From Mizuhopecten yessoensis (lineage: Eukaryota): 64,000 nt of DNA. Within the stretch, counting starts at the first letter, position 1; each line of letters begins with the position of its first letter. Positions 27,380-39,000 of this stretch are shown here, piece by piece. The position numbers were made by a program, and so were the translations under genes. A model generated the notes under the pieces. The model did no database searches and was not told the origin of the DNA. It worked only from the letters and a program-made list of their open reading frames with translations. The DNA lies in contig NW_018480074.1 of assembly GCF_002113885.1 (NCBI RefSeq), positions 186,001-250,000 on the forward strand, in the 5' to 3' direction.

Positions 27380-27801
27380 TATAACAAGTCATGGGAATTA
27401 TCACTTAAAGTTAGATATTACAGTACTGTTTTACATGTCGTGGGAGTAATCAATAAAAGGTCAATATTACAGCACCGTTATTCATGTCGTAGGAATAAAT
27501 ACTAACAGGTTAATGGTATAGCACCGATAAACATGTCGTAGGAATAATCAATAAAAGTTATATATTACAGCACCGTTAGACATGTTGTAGGAATAATCAC
27601 CAACAGTTAAATATAACAATTCCATATTATATGTCGTAGGAATTATCACTAACATGTAAATGTTACAATTCCGTATCATATGTCGTGGGAATTTTACTAA
27701 CAGATTAATATTACAGTACTGTATAGCATGTCGTTGGAATTATCACTAAAAGTTAAGATATTACAGCACAGTAATGCATGTCGTGGAAATTATCTCTAAA
27801 A
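27380..27801. repeat. 49-bp tandem repeat (~8-9 copies), last unit interrupted by a transposon
   Basis: catgtcg recurs at 27434, 27483, 27532 and onward with period 49. Confidence 0.85.
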
Positions 27802-28548
27802 TATGGTGGCATATTTCTGCCATCCACTTGCGACTTACGAGTTACGTATGTCGACATAATTATTGAAAGATGTCGACATAATCTGAGAATATGTCGACAT
27901 AATCTGAGAAGATGTCGACATAACTTTTAAATTATGTCGACATATTATCACATTTGCCGAGATAATTTTGCCGAGATAATTATCTCGTAAGTGGGTAACT
28001 CGGCTTTTTATCGTGTTAATGCTCGGGTGTGACATCGACTTGCCACTTACGACTTGCCACTTACGACTTATTTATGTCGACATCCTAGTAGATTATTGCC
28101 GACTTACCAAAACGAGGCTTGTGCACGAGGACCGCGAAGGTGGGCTGATGGTGACTGAACAGTGGTGACTATACTGGTGAGTAACTTGGTAAAATCAATG
28201 TAAATATGGGAAATCAAAGATATGGATATTACAGTAGGTTACTATGATGTACAGAGTTTATCAATCAAAGAGGGATTTTACATAAATAAGTCGTAAGTGG
28301 CAAGTCGTAAGTCGATGTCACACCCGAGCATTAACACGATAAAAAGCCGAGTTACCCACTTACGAGATAATTATCTCGGCAAAATTATCTCGGCAAATGT
28401 GATGATATGTCGACATAATTTAACAGTTATGTCGACATCTTCTCAGATTATGTCGACATATTCTCAGATTATGTCGACATCTTTCAATAATTATGTCGAC
28501 ATACGTAACTCGTAAGTCGCAAGTGGATGGCAGAAATATGCCACCATA
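27802..28548. mobile_element. Non-autonomous DNA transposon with ~250-bp TIRs and 6-bp TSD (IS3EU-like)
   Basis: Termini TATGGTGGCATATTTCTGCC...GGCAGAAATATGCCACCATA; CTAAAA duplicated at 27796-27801 and 28549-28554; TIRs near-identical and carry repeated ATGTCGACAT palindromes. Confidence 0.9.
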
Positions 28549-28809
28549 CTAAAAGTTTAATTTTATATCAGATATAACAGGAGCTATACCTTTAATGGTT
28601 AAAATGGTTTAATTAGTGTCAAATACGAATAATGAAGCGAGAAGTGGTTCATTTCGAGTAAAAAGATGGAGGGTACGACATTTTTTTTTACATATTATAC
28701 AAGAATACCATAATACAATCACTTTCACATTTCATGCAATAAACACAAGAAGTCAAAGAGGAGCATTTGATAATGCAACGCAAAGCAGTCAGAGATGGCA
28801 ATATCATTG

Positions 28810-29022
28810 TTTTATCACATAATGTACTGTGTTATCCAGTGAATATACCCATGTCATTTTTTTGCGTATTAACACATGTAATATGACCTATCACCCCTGT
28901 GATTGGGTGTAAGGTTCAATTGTTTCAATTGTGACGTAGGACAAGTACATGACGTCACGGACTAACTCGCCAGAGGACTAGTTTCATAAATCTCATATGA
29001 AATGGAAACTCATGCAAGATCT
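28810..29022. mobile_element. Inverted partial copy of the 18230-18610 element
   Basis: Reverse complement agatcttgcatgagtttccatttcatatgagatttatgaaactagtc matches 18231-18277. Confidence 0.7.
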
Positions 29023-29348
29023 ATATATATTTACATTGCATATAGTATATAACATAATATAAATATACGGCACTTTCAATATTAATACTGTTATATTAAC
29101 AAGAAATTGTCAAAGTCATAACTTTACAATTCGAAGCATGGTACTCTAGTTATATATACAAGTGAAAAGCACTGATTTGCTTTCCAGATAGAAAATGCAT
29201 TGTATAAAAATATATTTATATTAATTCATGATATATGCAGGTTTAAAACTTCTAAATAAGGTTCGTTCTCGAAAATTAGGTTTTGATAAATGTGGTAAAC
29301 CTTTACATCTACAATCAACAAAAACAGACTTAAAAAAAAGAGACTTAA

Positions 29349-30758
29349 GGTGGCTCCACACATCGTCATCAGCGTCTATTTTCGTGACGTACTTCCGGAA
29401 GAAGTACAGCTCGGACTCAATTATCTTGATCGAAATGTGCATGTATACCGTGTCGTCATTTCCGTATTGCGTATCGGGCATTCAATATCGTAGTGCAAAT
29501 TATAGTAACACCGGGGCCGTTTTCGTTTAAACGGTCAAACTGATTGGACCACTGTTGTTCGTTTATTAAATAAAGTCGGACCTAGTAAAATCTGATGCTG
29601 CTTTCAGGCAAGCCTTGAGAAAGCCTTGCAAGGCCTGCATACACATTTGCAGGTCCACCAGGATTTATACCCGAAATGGTTACATTTACAAACGGTCAAA
29701 CCGGTTGTTCCGCATAAACGAACAGGCCCCTGGTAAACAATAGTACACGTGCGTGCCGATGATATTTCACTAGCACCCTATATCGAGATTTTACCGGGAA
29801 ATGTATAATCGTACGAACTTCAGGAATAAAGCTTTCCAATTCATAGACATAAACAGACTCACGGGAAGACAGTGACATGAGACCAGACGACCTCAAGAAG
29901 GTCATAAAGGAAACACATGGAATGCGGACGTACCGACCTCACATGTGCATATCACGTGCTTACACGAGTTCATCAGCTCGAAGTCGTTACGATTTTCGCT
30001 ATTGAGGGAGTTTCGCTCTGTCGATTAAATCGTGTTTACAAATGTAGTCTACTTACTCTGTGAAAATAATGTTTTGTAAAATATCAAGATACCTATGAAA
30101 TGCATGTGTGAGTGCACGTGAGAACGGCATACCATGCGATAGCCACTGGTCACATTTGTACCTGACATGTAATTATAAATATACCGTGAGTTAGCGGACT
30201 GTGGAATGATGTCCAAAGTGTACATGACTGAGGGTAATTTGGTTCCATTAAAGAACAATAAATTGATAATTTTGATATCATATTTTTTATTTATTTCCAT
30301 CATTTTTGTTATATGTAAACAGAGACTACTGTCATTGTGTAAATGTCATCCCTCTGCAAAAAGTGATTGTAAAATGTAAAATAAATTAATTATAAAGCCA
30401 TTGTGTTTATTTTGTTCTATTTCCCATTCTATATGTAGAAACTTTGTGTCCTGTTTGCTTTTAACTTGTAGATAATCACTTTTATTAGTACAAATTCAAT
30501 AAAAAAAACACTTTGTGTAACATGTGTTACATATTTTGCGATGAATAAAATATTTGTAGGGTTCATTAGAAATGCTTCTTTTCATTTTATTATTGTTGTT
30601 ATTGTTCCGAACAATGCCACACATGGTATTTTTTCCAAAAAAGTCCCCAAACTATCGGAATGTTTAGATTTTCATAAAATCAACTCTACATAGTTGCATA
30701 CCAGTATATGAAAGTTTCAACGAATTTTGCTGGTTAATTGCGAAAGTGGGTAGCCACC
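29349..30758. mobile_element. Kolobok-like non-autonomous DNA transposon (TTAA TSD)
   Basis: TTAA|GGTGGCTCCAC at 29345 and GTGGGTAGCCACC|TTAA ending at 30762; short TIR beginning with purines; no intact ORF. Confidence 0.6.
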
Positions 30759-31518
30759 TTAAATACGCTCTGTGTGTCTTCATTGTTTGCCGTTATATTT
30801 GATTGTTACAGTTGGTGAAGAGGACATAAATAATGTCGTAATAATTTTGGCTTAATATTTGTTGCATTTCTTGTTTCGGGCAATAAACATTATCTTTGAA
30901 TAAAAATCAGACTAGTAAAGTAATTGTTCGCAACATTTCAGTTCGTGAACTGAAAATTATTATTATAAACCTTGTAAATCATACAAGAGGGGTATTACTG
31001 GAAGACAATAACTTGTTTTCCGATCAGATATACATTAAAAAAAAGCAAAGAGAACTCAAAATGTCTGATAATATTTCAGTCGCGAGCCAAATGGGCTGTA
31101 AGGCGTGACAAAATATAAAAAAAATTGCAAATGTATTTACAATTATTGATTACAAAAATAAAATTTAGAACATGAATATAAAATTATTGAATATTGTAAC
31201 ATTTCACACGCCATTGACATGCCATTGATAACAATGGTAAACAATGTTTATTGAATCAATCATCTTTGATCTGTTACTGAGAAATTACAAATTAAGGGTA
31301 CCTCATGACACTTTAGTGATAAACAGAATTTGTTATTTTGATGATTTATTTCTATAATTCTCCAAAGTTCAAAAAATTGGGGTCTTTTCCTATGCGACGT
31401 CTTTTGGCCATATGTAATTTTGATTTTGATGAGAGATACACAAAAACATATGACAATATGACGATAATTTGTTTTACATTATTTTTTTCAATTTCTCATT
31501 ACACACCTTTGTGATAAG

Positions 31519-33210
31519 TCATTTTTCCTCTGATGTAAATTCACATGTATACTTGTAAACCTTGACATCTCCGTCATCAAATCCAACCCACACACTTCCG
31601 TCAGTATTCAGAGCGAGAGATCGCGGTGCAGCCTGACAATCACTAATCAACACCTTCAAAGGCCTACAAAGCGGATCTAACAACTGCACTGTTCGTGAGT
31701 GGTGTTCGGTAATCAGAATCAGGTTATTATGATTAAACATCACGTCGTTCACACAAAACTTTTCCGGTAGGTCTGGCATCTGTTCTTCAGCACTGACTGT
31801 TACCCCTAATCCAATACAGCGACATTCAAGCTTAAGCTCTCTATCAAAGACAACTAAATGACCTTTAAATTTTGTCGTGCCATTTATAATGGCGACATTC
31901 CCGGTGTTGCTGATGCAGATGTTACACGGTATATGAAATATGTCTTCACCATTGACATCTTTCTGAACACGAGCCAGCTCCTTGCCTTTACTGTTGTACT
32001 TGACCAGTACTGATGTTGTGTTCGGCTGTTTGGACAAGGTGGTTTTGTTTGTAAGGGTCACTAGGATGTCCCCATTCGATGTTGCACATATATTGTTAGG
32101 TGCTAATGGTTCGGTACGGATGACCGTAGACGTGGCAAGGAAGTGTTTGTCCTGTTTAGTCACCACTTCTTTGATGCACTTCTTTGAAGGACAAGAAACC
32201 ATGACTTGATTTGTTACTGGTGACACTAAAATGTCAGATACTGTTGTGTTACATGGTACACAATATTTAAGGATACCGTCCCTTCCAACAAGTTTGATGT
32301 TATCATCCCTGTAACACTTTAACCAGACGTTTCCGTCCACACCAGGTCGCATTGCGAATGCTGCAGAAGAAACGTCGAACTTCCTAATTGGTGTCAGGTT
32401 GAAGTCACATTTTATGCTTCTGGACGTCGATGCAGCTTTCAGCTCCGTGGAAATGTCAGTCGGACCATCTTGGTATATCTTAGGAGAAGTGTGTTTCTCC
32501 GGTCCATCCCCATACAGGTCAAGAGTACATACACTGGATGCACTGGATGGAATGTTACAACGTGACACAGCTGAATTTCCATAGGGATAGATGGTATCCT
32601 GAGCATATCCCTCCTGCTGAACAAGTTCTCCGAAAAGTGTTTCTATGTTATCTGTTTTGTCAGTGATATCTGGTATAAATTCAAGCCTGTTTACTTTTGG
32701 AAATTCCAATTGGACAACTTCCGGGGCTTTGATTTTCCAACCCTGTTCGATAACTTCCAATAAGTTATCATTAGCTTTAAGTCTTTCTATCCCATCTTGA
32801 AATTCTCGAATCTTCTGCAATTTTTCCGTGGTTTGTAATTTGAATTCATCTAGATCCTTGGATGTTATTTCCCTTTGTTTTTCCAATTGTGTTATGGTGT
32901 TTTCAGTAACCACATCCAGTAGCTGTCCGAGTTGTTCTCGTCTTTTGAGGACTTCTCGTTTAGAATTAACAAAAACGTTATCCTCCTGAATGAATCTTGT
33001 TGAAGTTACTTTGAGGTCTGACTCTAGTTCAGCAAATGGAACATTGTCCGATATTTTTTCGAGATTCTTGACAACGATCTTAGCAACAGTTTCAAACGAG
33101 CGGAAAATATGTCCGTCATGACATTGTTCGTCAATACACGTACTGCAGATACAAGCGTTGCATGATATACACACCATGTATTTATCTTTACCGTGGTCTT
33201 GGCAGGCCAT
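31519..33210 (-). CDS. RING-less TRIM-like protein: B-box zinc finger, coiled coil, NHL-like beta-propeller, 563 aa
   Basis: Single ORF. B-box CQDH-x7-CISC-x4-CSTC-x5-HDGH; helical heptad region (~aa 40-160); C-terminal repeats such as PNNICATSNGDILVT, PCNICISNTGNVAI, PRSLALNTDGSVWVG..VKVYKY. Confidence 0.9.
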   Translation of the reverse strand: MACQDHGKDKYMVCISCNACICSTCIDEQCHDGHIFRSFETVAKIVVKNLEKISDNVPFAELESDLKVTSTRFIQEDNVFVNSKREVLKRREQLGQLLDVVTENTITQLEKQREITSKDLDEFKLQTTEKLQKIREFQDGIERLKANDNLLEVIEQGWKIKAPEVVQLEFPKVNRLEFIPDITDKTDNIETLFGELVQQEGYAQDTIYPYGNSAVSRCNIPSSASSVCTLDLYGDGPEKHTSPKIYQDGPTDISTELKAASTSRSIKCDFNLTPIRKFDVSSAAFAMRPGVDGNVWLKCYRDDNIKLVGRDGILKYCVPCNTTVSDILVSPVTNQVMVSCPSKKCIKEVVTKQDKHFLATSTVIRTEPLAPNNICATSNGDILVTLTNKTTLSKQPNTTSVLVKYNSKGKELARVQKDVNGEDIFHIPCNICISNTGNVAIINGTTKFKGHLVVFDRELKLECRCIGLGVTVSAEEQMPDLPEKFCVNDVMFNHNNLILITEHHSRTVQLLDPLCRPLKVLISDCQAAPRSLALNTDGSVWVGFDDGDVKVYKYTCEFTSEEK

Positions 33211-34033
33211 TTGTACACAATACAGTATTCATTCATGTATAAAACTATGGAGACAGACACATGTGGAAGCCATTTTTATCACTAAATCTGTTACTGCGAT
33301 TCTGTATTTAAACGAGGAAGAAGATTGTGGGAAAACCCACAATTATTTTTACGATTTCTTGGTAAGTCCGGTTAGTTTAGTTTGTTTACTCGCCAACCCT
33401 TTCGTACGTTTTGCATAACATCATAAGCGATACAACCAATAGTGATTTGTAGAATTTATTGGTTTAGCGCCATTCAATGCAGAAGAAAATCACAAGTTAT
33501 GAATTGGACTTTGCCTATATAAATATATTAAGATAGCTCCGAGCAGAATTAAGTTAACAATACTAGCTAGCACTTTAAAGGGCACTATATGTATGTGTGT
33601 GTCTGTATATTGTGGAATTTGACACTTAAGCTACGTTGTATTTGCACCGGTCCCTTTTTAAGCAATTCATTTTATATTTGCAGGCTGCATGACTTCACTA
33701 TTAATTTACACTTTGATATTTTAGTTTGATGCCTGCGTTTGTGAGAGGGTCATTTATGAAATAATCAATTATGTGTTTATAGAGGTCGTTTAATAGTATT
33801 TGTAATTTAAGATTTTATTTACTCATGGATAATATTTGTATTTATAGCATATCAACAAAGCCTAATATTAAAATAAATCATATGTGTATTTAAATTGACC
33901 ATTACCTCTGTCCACGTGCATATGAGCAAACTTGAAAAAATCGCAGATTGGTCGTTTGTACAGAGGAAATTATTAATTTATTTTACAGAATTAAAAGAAA
34001 ATGATGATAATCAACACCATTCCACTTTATGAC

Positions 34034-34143
34034 CAATCTAATTAAAATTGTGTCTTTACATTGCTCTCGTTTACTGATATGCCGCTTTCACGTAACATTT
34101 TAGTAAACGTGAGCGATGTGAAGACATAATTTTAATTAGATTG
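34034..34143. repeat. 110-bp imperfect palindrome
   Basis: caatctaattaaaattgtgtctttacattgctctcgtttact pairs with agtaaacgtgagcgatgtgaagacataattttaattagattg. Confidence 0.8.
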
Positions 34144-36065
34144 CTTTACGACTTTCAAGATTTAAACCAATAATGTTTTTTTTGTTTTATTAAAGACATA
34201 GTTCAGTGTAATTAAATTGCATTCGTTAAATAGAATTGATGCTAATCATAAAAAATATTTCTCAAATCTTGGTCCTTTAGTATCTGATCAACGAAAGAAA
34301 TCCAATAATCAATCATTTAATAATTGTTTTATTTTTCAGCTAAGTTATCTGTTGAGTATTGTATAATATTAATGTGTCAAATATGATATAACTGCTTATG
34401 TTGTTACTGATAAAAGAATCAGGATCTTGTAATTGTCCTGACGCAGCCTGTATCTGCCGTTCCTGCACGTGTATTTCCCTGCCCTGTACTTGACGACCCA
34501 TACTTATCCAACACACAAGAGGTTTTCTACAGTTACAACAAATCTGCATTGTAAAAAAAGAACAGGATAAGCGAAGCTTAAAACCTTCTATTAAGAAATG
34601 TATTGTTACTCTTCACAGTAACAATGTTTTATCGCTTGGTCTGCTTTTAGCCAAGCCCAGCGATAAGACAAACATCAAACATCTTACATGTATTTTTGTA
34701 TCATTAGTTTGGGTATACACTGGAATTGTAACATTATACGCACCAGAAGGGGTATTCGTGAAATACGGATTTGTAGGAACTCAAAAGAAAAATTGACGTT
34801 TCTACTCTTTACACTACAATATCCGATTCAAAACACAGCAACGATATCTTTCTCTTTGTATTGTAGAAACAACATTTTTTCCCCCCAGAAAGGCGATCGA
34901 CGATATATACTGCACATAAAATCGTGAGAATGCATTATTCCTTAATGACAAATCTTTGCTAAGACTGTTGATAAACAATTTCCCTCTCCTGGTTTTATTG
35001 TCGCCATCATGATTCCATTGGAATATATTTTTTATAATATTTTCTTGCGTGCTTTGAATGACCTTGTTTAATTGTGCTAGTTTAAGTATGCATTGTTATT
35101 TCACTACAGTCACTACCCCGGTTCTCAGTTTGAGGACGTGGTATTATTTTGATTTGACCTAGATCTGTATAGCAGGTGTGTAATATATCACACAACATCA
35201 ATTTAATCTTGTTGAACAATTGGTCACATCTGCTTATACTTTTTCAAAGATCGCCTTATTAATCTTTCTTTTGTTCACGTTTTGTACGTGTTGTATCGAT
35301 TTTTGTGCGAATTACAGCTTTATTGACTTGGTTTTTCTACTTTTCTTGTATTAATATATGTATTTATCAATTGTTAAAAGCCGATTAAAATTCAATCAAA
35401 CAGATTCAGGGCATAGCTTGGAGAATTCAGATATCAATTAGCAGATATAATGATATAATCAAACAAAATCAGAGATAAGAACAAGGAAATGCTTAACCAG
35501 ATATAACAATAAAAAAACATAGCATAGACATCGGCATACTCTAGCTAGAAAACAAAAGGAAAGAGATAACAGAATTTTGTATAATACGTGGCTAGGATGT
35601 CTTATAATGCTTGTTCTTGAAAACAACAATAACATTTTCATAAATTTCAATTTTCACACTCCTTGTTCTTGATAAAATAAATACAGAAAAACAATATTTA
35701 AGAAAAATAAATATATAGTCGACAATCGGAGACATTTAATCATTCTGAAACAAGATTTGCCTCCCCTGTATTCAGTATAATATTGCAATGCGCCAGGCAG
35801 ACCGTGAATGAGTCAGACTACATGTGTATACACTGAGAATTATCACACAGGTCGACTGTGATAGTCAGTCACGCTTCAACTGTACTTTTCATACACCAAA
35901 AACCTGACCTAAAAACACTGCAACTGCCTTCATTCCTGCTGTGGATCTAAACAATGTAGACTTGGAACATAAGGGATCCGTACACGACAGACCTCGTCAC
36001 CTGTAGCTTTAAACAGGAACCTATTTGTTGTGTTATGTCTTGTATATAAATTGTTTGTTAAGACG

Positions 36066-39000
36066 ATGAGACTAAATACCTCCATTTTGGGGCCTGTTTT
36101 GGTGGGCGTGTGTATAGTGATACTGGCCCAGAACACAGGACAAGTACAAGGTATGTTTTTTCTAATAAATCTTGTTTTCGCATGCTTATATCAAATAATT
36201 TGGATTGTTGATGCAATGATTGTTTACTCCTTTCTTTGTATGTGTGATACTTGTTAGCTCAGTACATTATGTGTTTACATTGTCAAAAATAGCATTTGGT
36301 GGCGTGATATGCGACTAGTTAACTATTCATGCAATTGTTTTCGGCTTTGTTAGATATATACTTTAAAATAAACACGACTATATATATATGTTACATGTAC
36401 TTAAGCAAGGATCTAAGAATAACAAGTATAACATCACATTACACTATATTAATGCCCAGTCACTCGTCGACCTGGAACATCTTATGTATCGGAAATGCAC
36501 GAATTTAGATATCCGTGATGTTGCAAATAAATTCACAGATTAAAAAACATGCCTGCATTTCGTTTTGCTACATTCTGTTCTAGGATACATATGTGCTACA
36601 TCTGCATATAAATACATCTAAATATGGTTTATAAATATAGACAAATAATGCAATATATTATAGCAGGACTGGTATTATGTAAATATGTGGAGTGGAATGA
36701 CTTCATGATTGCAATAAAACATTTCACTTGTTTTTACTAACAGTTTAAGTTGACTATGTACAGGTGTAAATCTCTTATGTTTCCCTCATACTGACAGAGG
36801 TCAGTAAGGTGGGAGACAATACGACTATGTACAGGTGTAAATCTCTTATGTTACATTCATACTGACAGAGGTCAGTAAGGTGGGAGACAATAAGACTATA
36901 GCAGGTGTAAATCTCTTATGTTACACTCATACTGACAGAGGTCAGTAAGGTGGGAGACAATAAGACTATAACAGGTGTAAATCTCTTATGTTACACTCAT
37001 ACAGACAGAGGTCAGTAAGGTGGGAGACAATACGACTATGTACAGGTGTAAATCTCTTATGTTACACTCATACTGACAGAGGTCAGTGTGGTGGGAGTGT
37101 GATGTTATGCTTTTTACACAATGAAAACGGTGGGCCATCGAGTCTGATCTTCATAGGAATGTTATATCGCATCAAACAAACCATTAACCTGTTAACACAC
37201 CGGGTATCCCCGTGTCTACTTTGTATTTAAATGGCATTACCACAGTTTCCATACCTTTTATACCTGTTTGTTAGGTCTAAATACATAGAAGTGTAAAAAT
37301 ATATTGTTGCGATCGACCGACCAACCATATTTCCCTAAACCTGAAAATTAGTATAGTTTCTGTTTTCTGTTGCACACAATACAAAGTACATATATAAACA
37401 AAACATCATGAATCAGAAGCGGAAGATAATAATATTTTGTGTTCAGAGTATATAATGTATCTAGTGGTTTAAACTCTAGTAAGCTGATTGAGTGTTAAAA
37501 AGCACTGTTGCTTCTGTAGTTTTTTTTCTTAGGTAACATTTTTGAATTTCAATTAATGCAAACTTACAGCAAACGTCTTTTTCTAAGTGTAGATACATGA
37601 TGATGATTGACATAACTTGTCACCACGGTAACTGGGCAGGATATACAAATATCTAAACATGTATCAAACTACTACGGTATTAAGTATGGTGTGTACAGTA
37701 TACTGCCTCGTAGTGTTTACTAAAGGGTAACGTTCAATGTCCACAAAACTCGTTACAATGTCCTTAACAAACCTTAACCACTGCTACAGGGATTGGGGCT
37801 ATTTACCGTCCGAGACATTATTGTGAAACATGAATACATGTCACGACTAATTCTATATACCTTATCCTTTGTGTCCAGCGGATGGTATGGATGAAGGTTC
37901 AAATCAGACATGTTGCCTCTTTTTTCTTTACGAATAAATAAACCTTTATGAATTGCATTGAACAACAGCACACAGATAATGTTTACAAAAATGTATTTAA
38001 AGTGATTTTACTTTAAATATATTTGTTGAAAATTATCGGAAGTAGGGTTCGAGCTTGTTTGTGCGATGATAATGAATTTATATTAGTCTTATTCCATCAT
38101 AGTTGACACCAGGAATATACATGTATGTGCACTTCAATTAAAACAAAAGCAATAGCACAAACTCCAATAGCTTTAATATGATACGGACATATTTAATTTA
38201 CTCATGATGTAGATGATACTGTTAAATCAATTGGTGATACATCCGTTGATCAGGCAGGATACAAGTATCTTTGAAGAGTTCCGTTTGTAACTGACCTTTA
38301 TCACGATTACAGCTAGTGACCTACGTACCTGCTTTATTTGACGGGGGATATAATGGGTGTGACATCCTTATGGAGTACATGAGCTCATCTGCGGATGATT
38401 TGTCGTGACTCTCTTTGTCATTTTGTTGTGGTTAATCCTCATTTCCTGGTGTTGTACACTTGAATCACCCTTAAGTTATAATTTGTCCTGGTGTATGGAC
38501 GGTGTGATTTATATATACATGTTTCCCTTTAGTATACTGATGGATGTAGTCGGTCTAGTCTCGTCTCTATTCTGTTGTTTTTTTTTACTGTGTACACTTA
38601 TTTAAGCCTTCTTGTCTAGACTCATCTTTATTCTGTTCTGACTTTGTTTATTAGCAAAGAAGTAATAACGATAGTGCAGACAAAGGAATTTGTCAAATTT
38701 TCAAGGAAATGCGCCTCCTTTTCAAGACAGAAACATGAACACATATCAAAACATTAAACAAATAGTCACTACGAAACAATGCTCCAACACGTAATACATA
38801 AACAAACAACACAAGTATCACTTATGAAATATGCTGATGTTATTGAATAGCACCTCGGTTGGCTTGTAACCGAAGGTTTATCATCGTAACAAGACATCTT
38901 AAAGACGCAAGTGCAAGTCGACTAATGGAAAACAAGTGAATAAAGGTAGTGAGAAAATATATAACTGTAGATGTGAGTGTAAGCACGACAAGAGAAAAAA

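Noticed and set aside
27835-28515. Two near-identical peptides (MSHPSINTIKSRV...) on opposite strands
   Set aside because: They are the two arms of the transposon's terminal inverted repeats.
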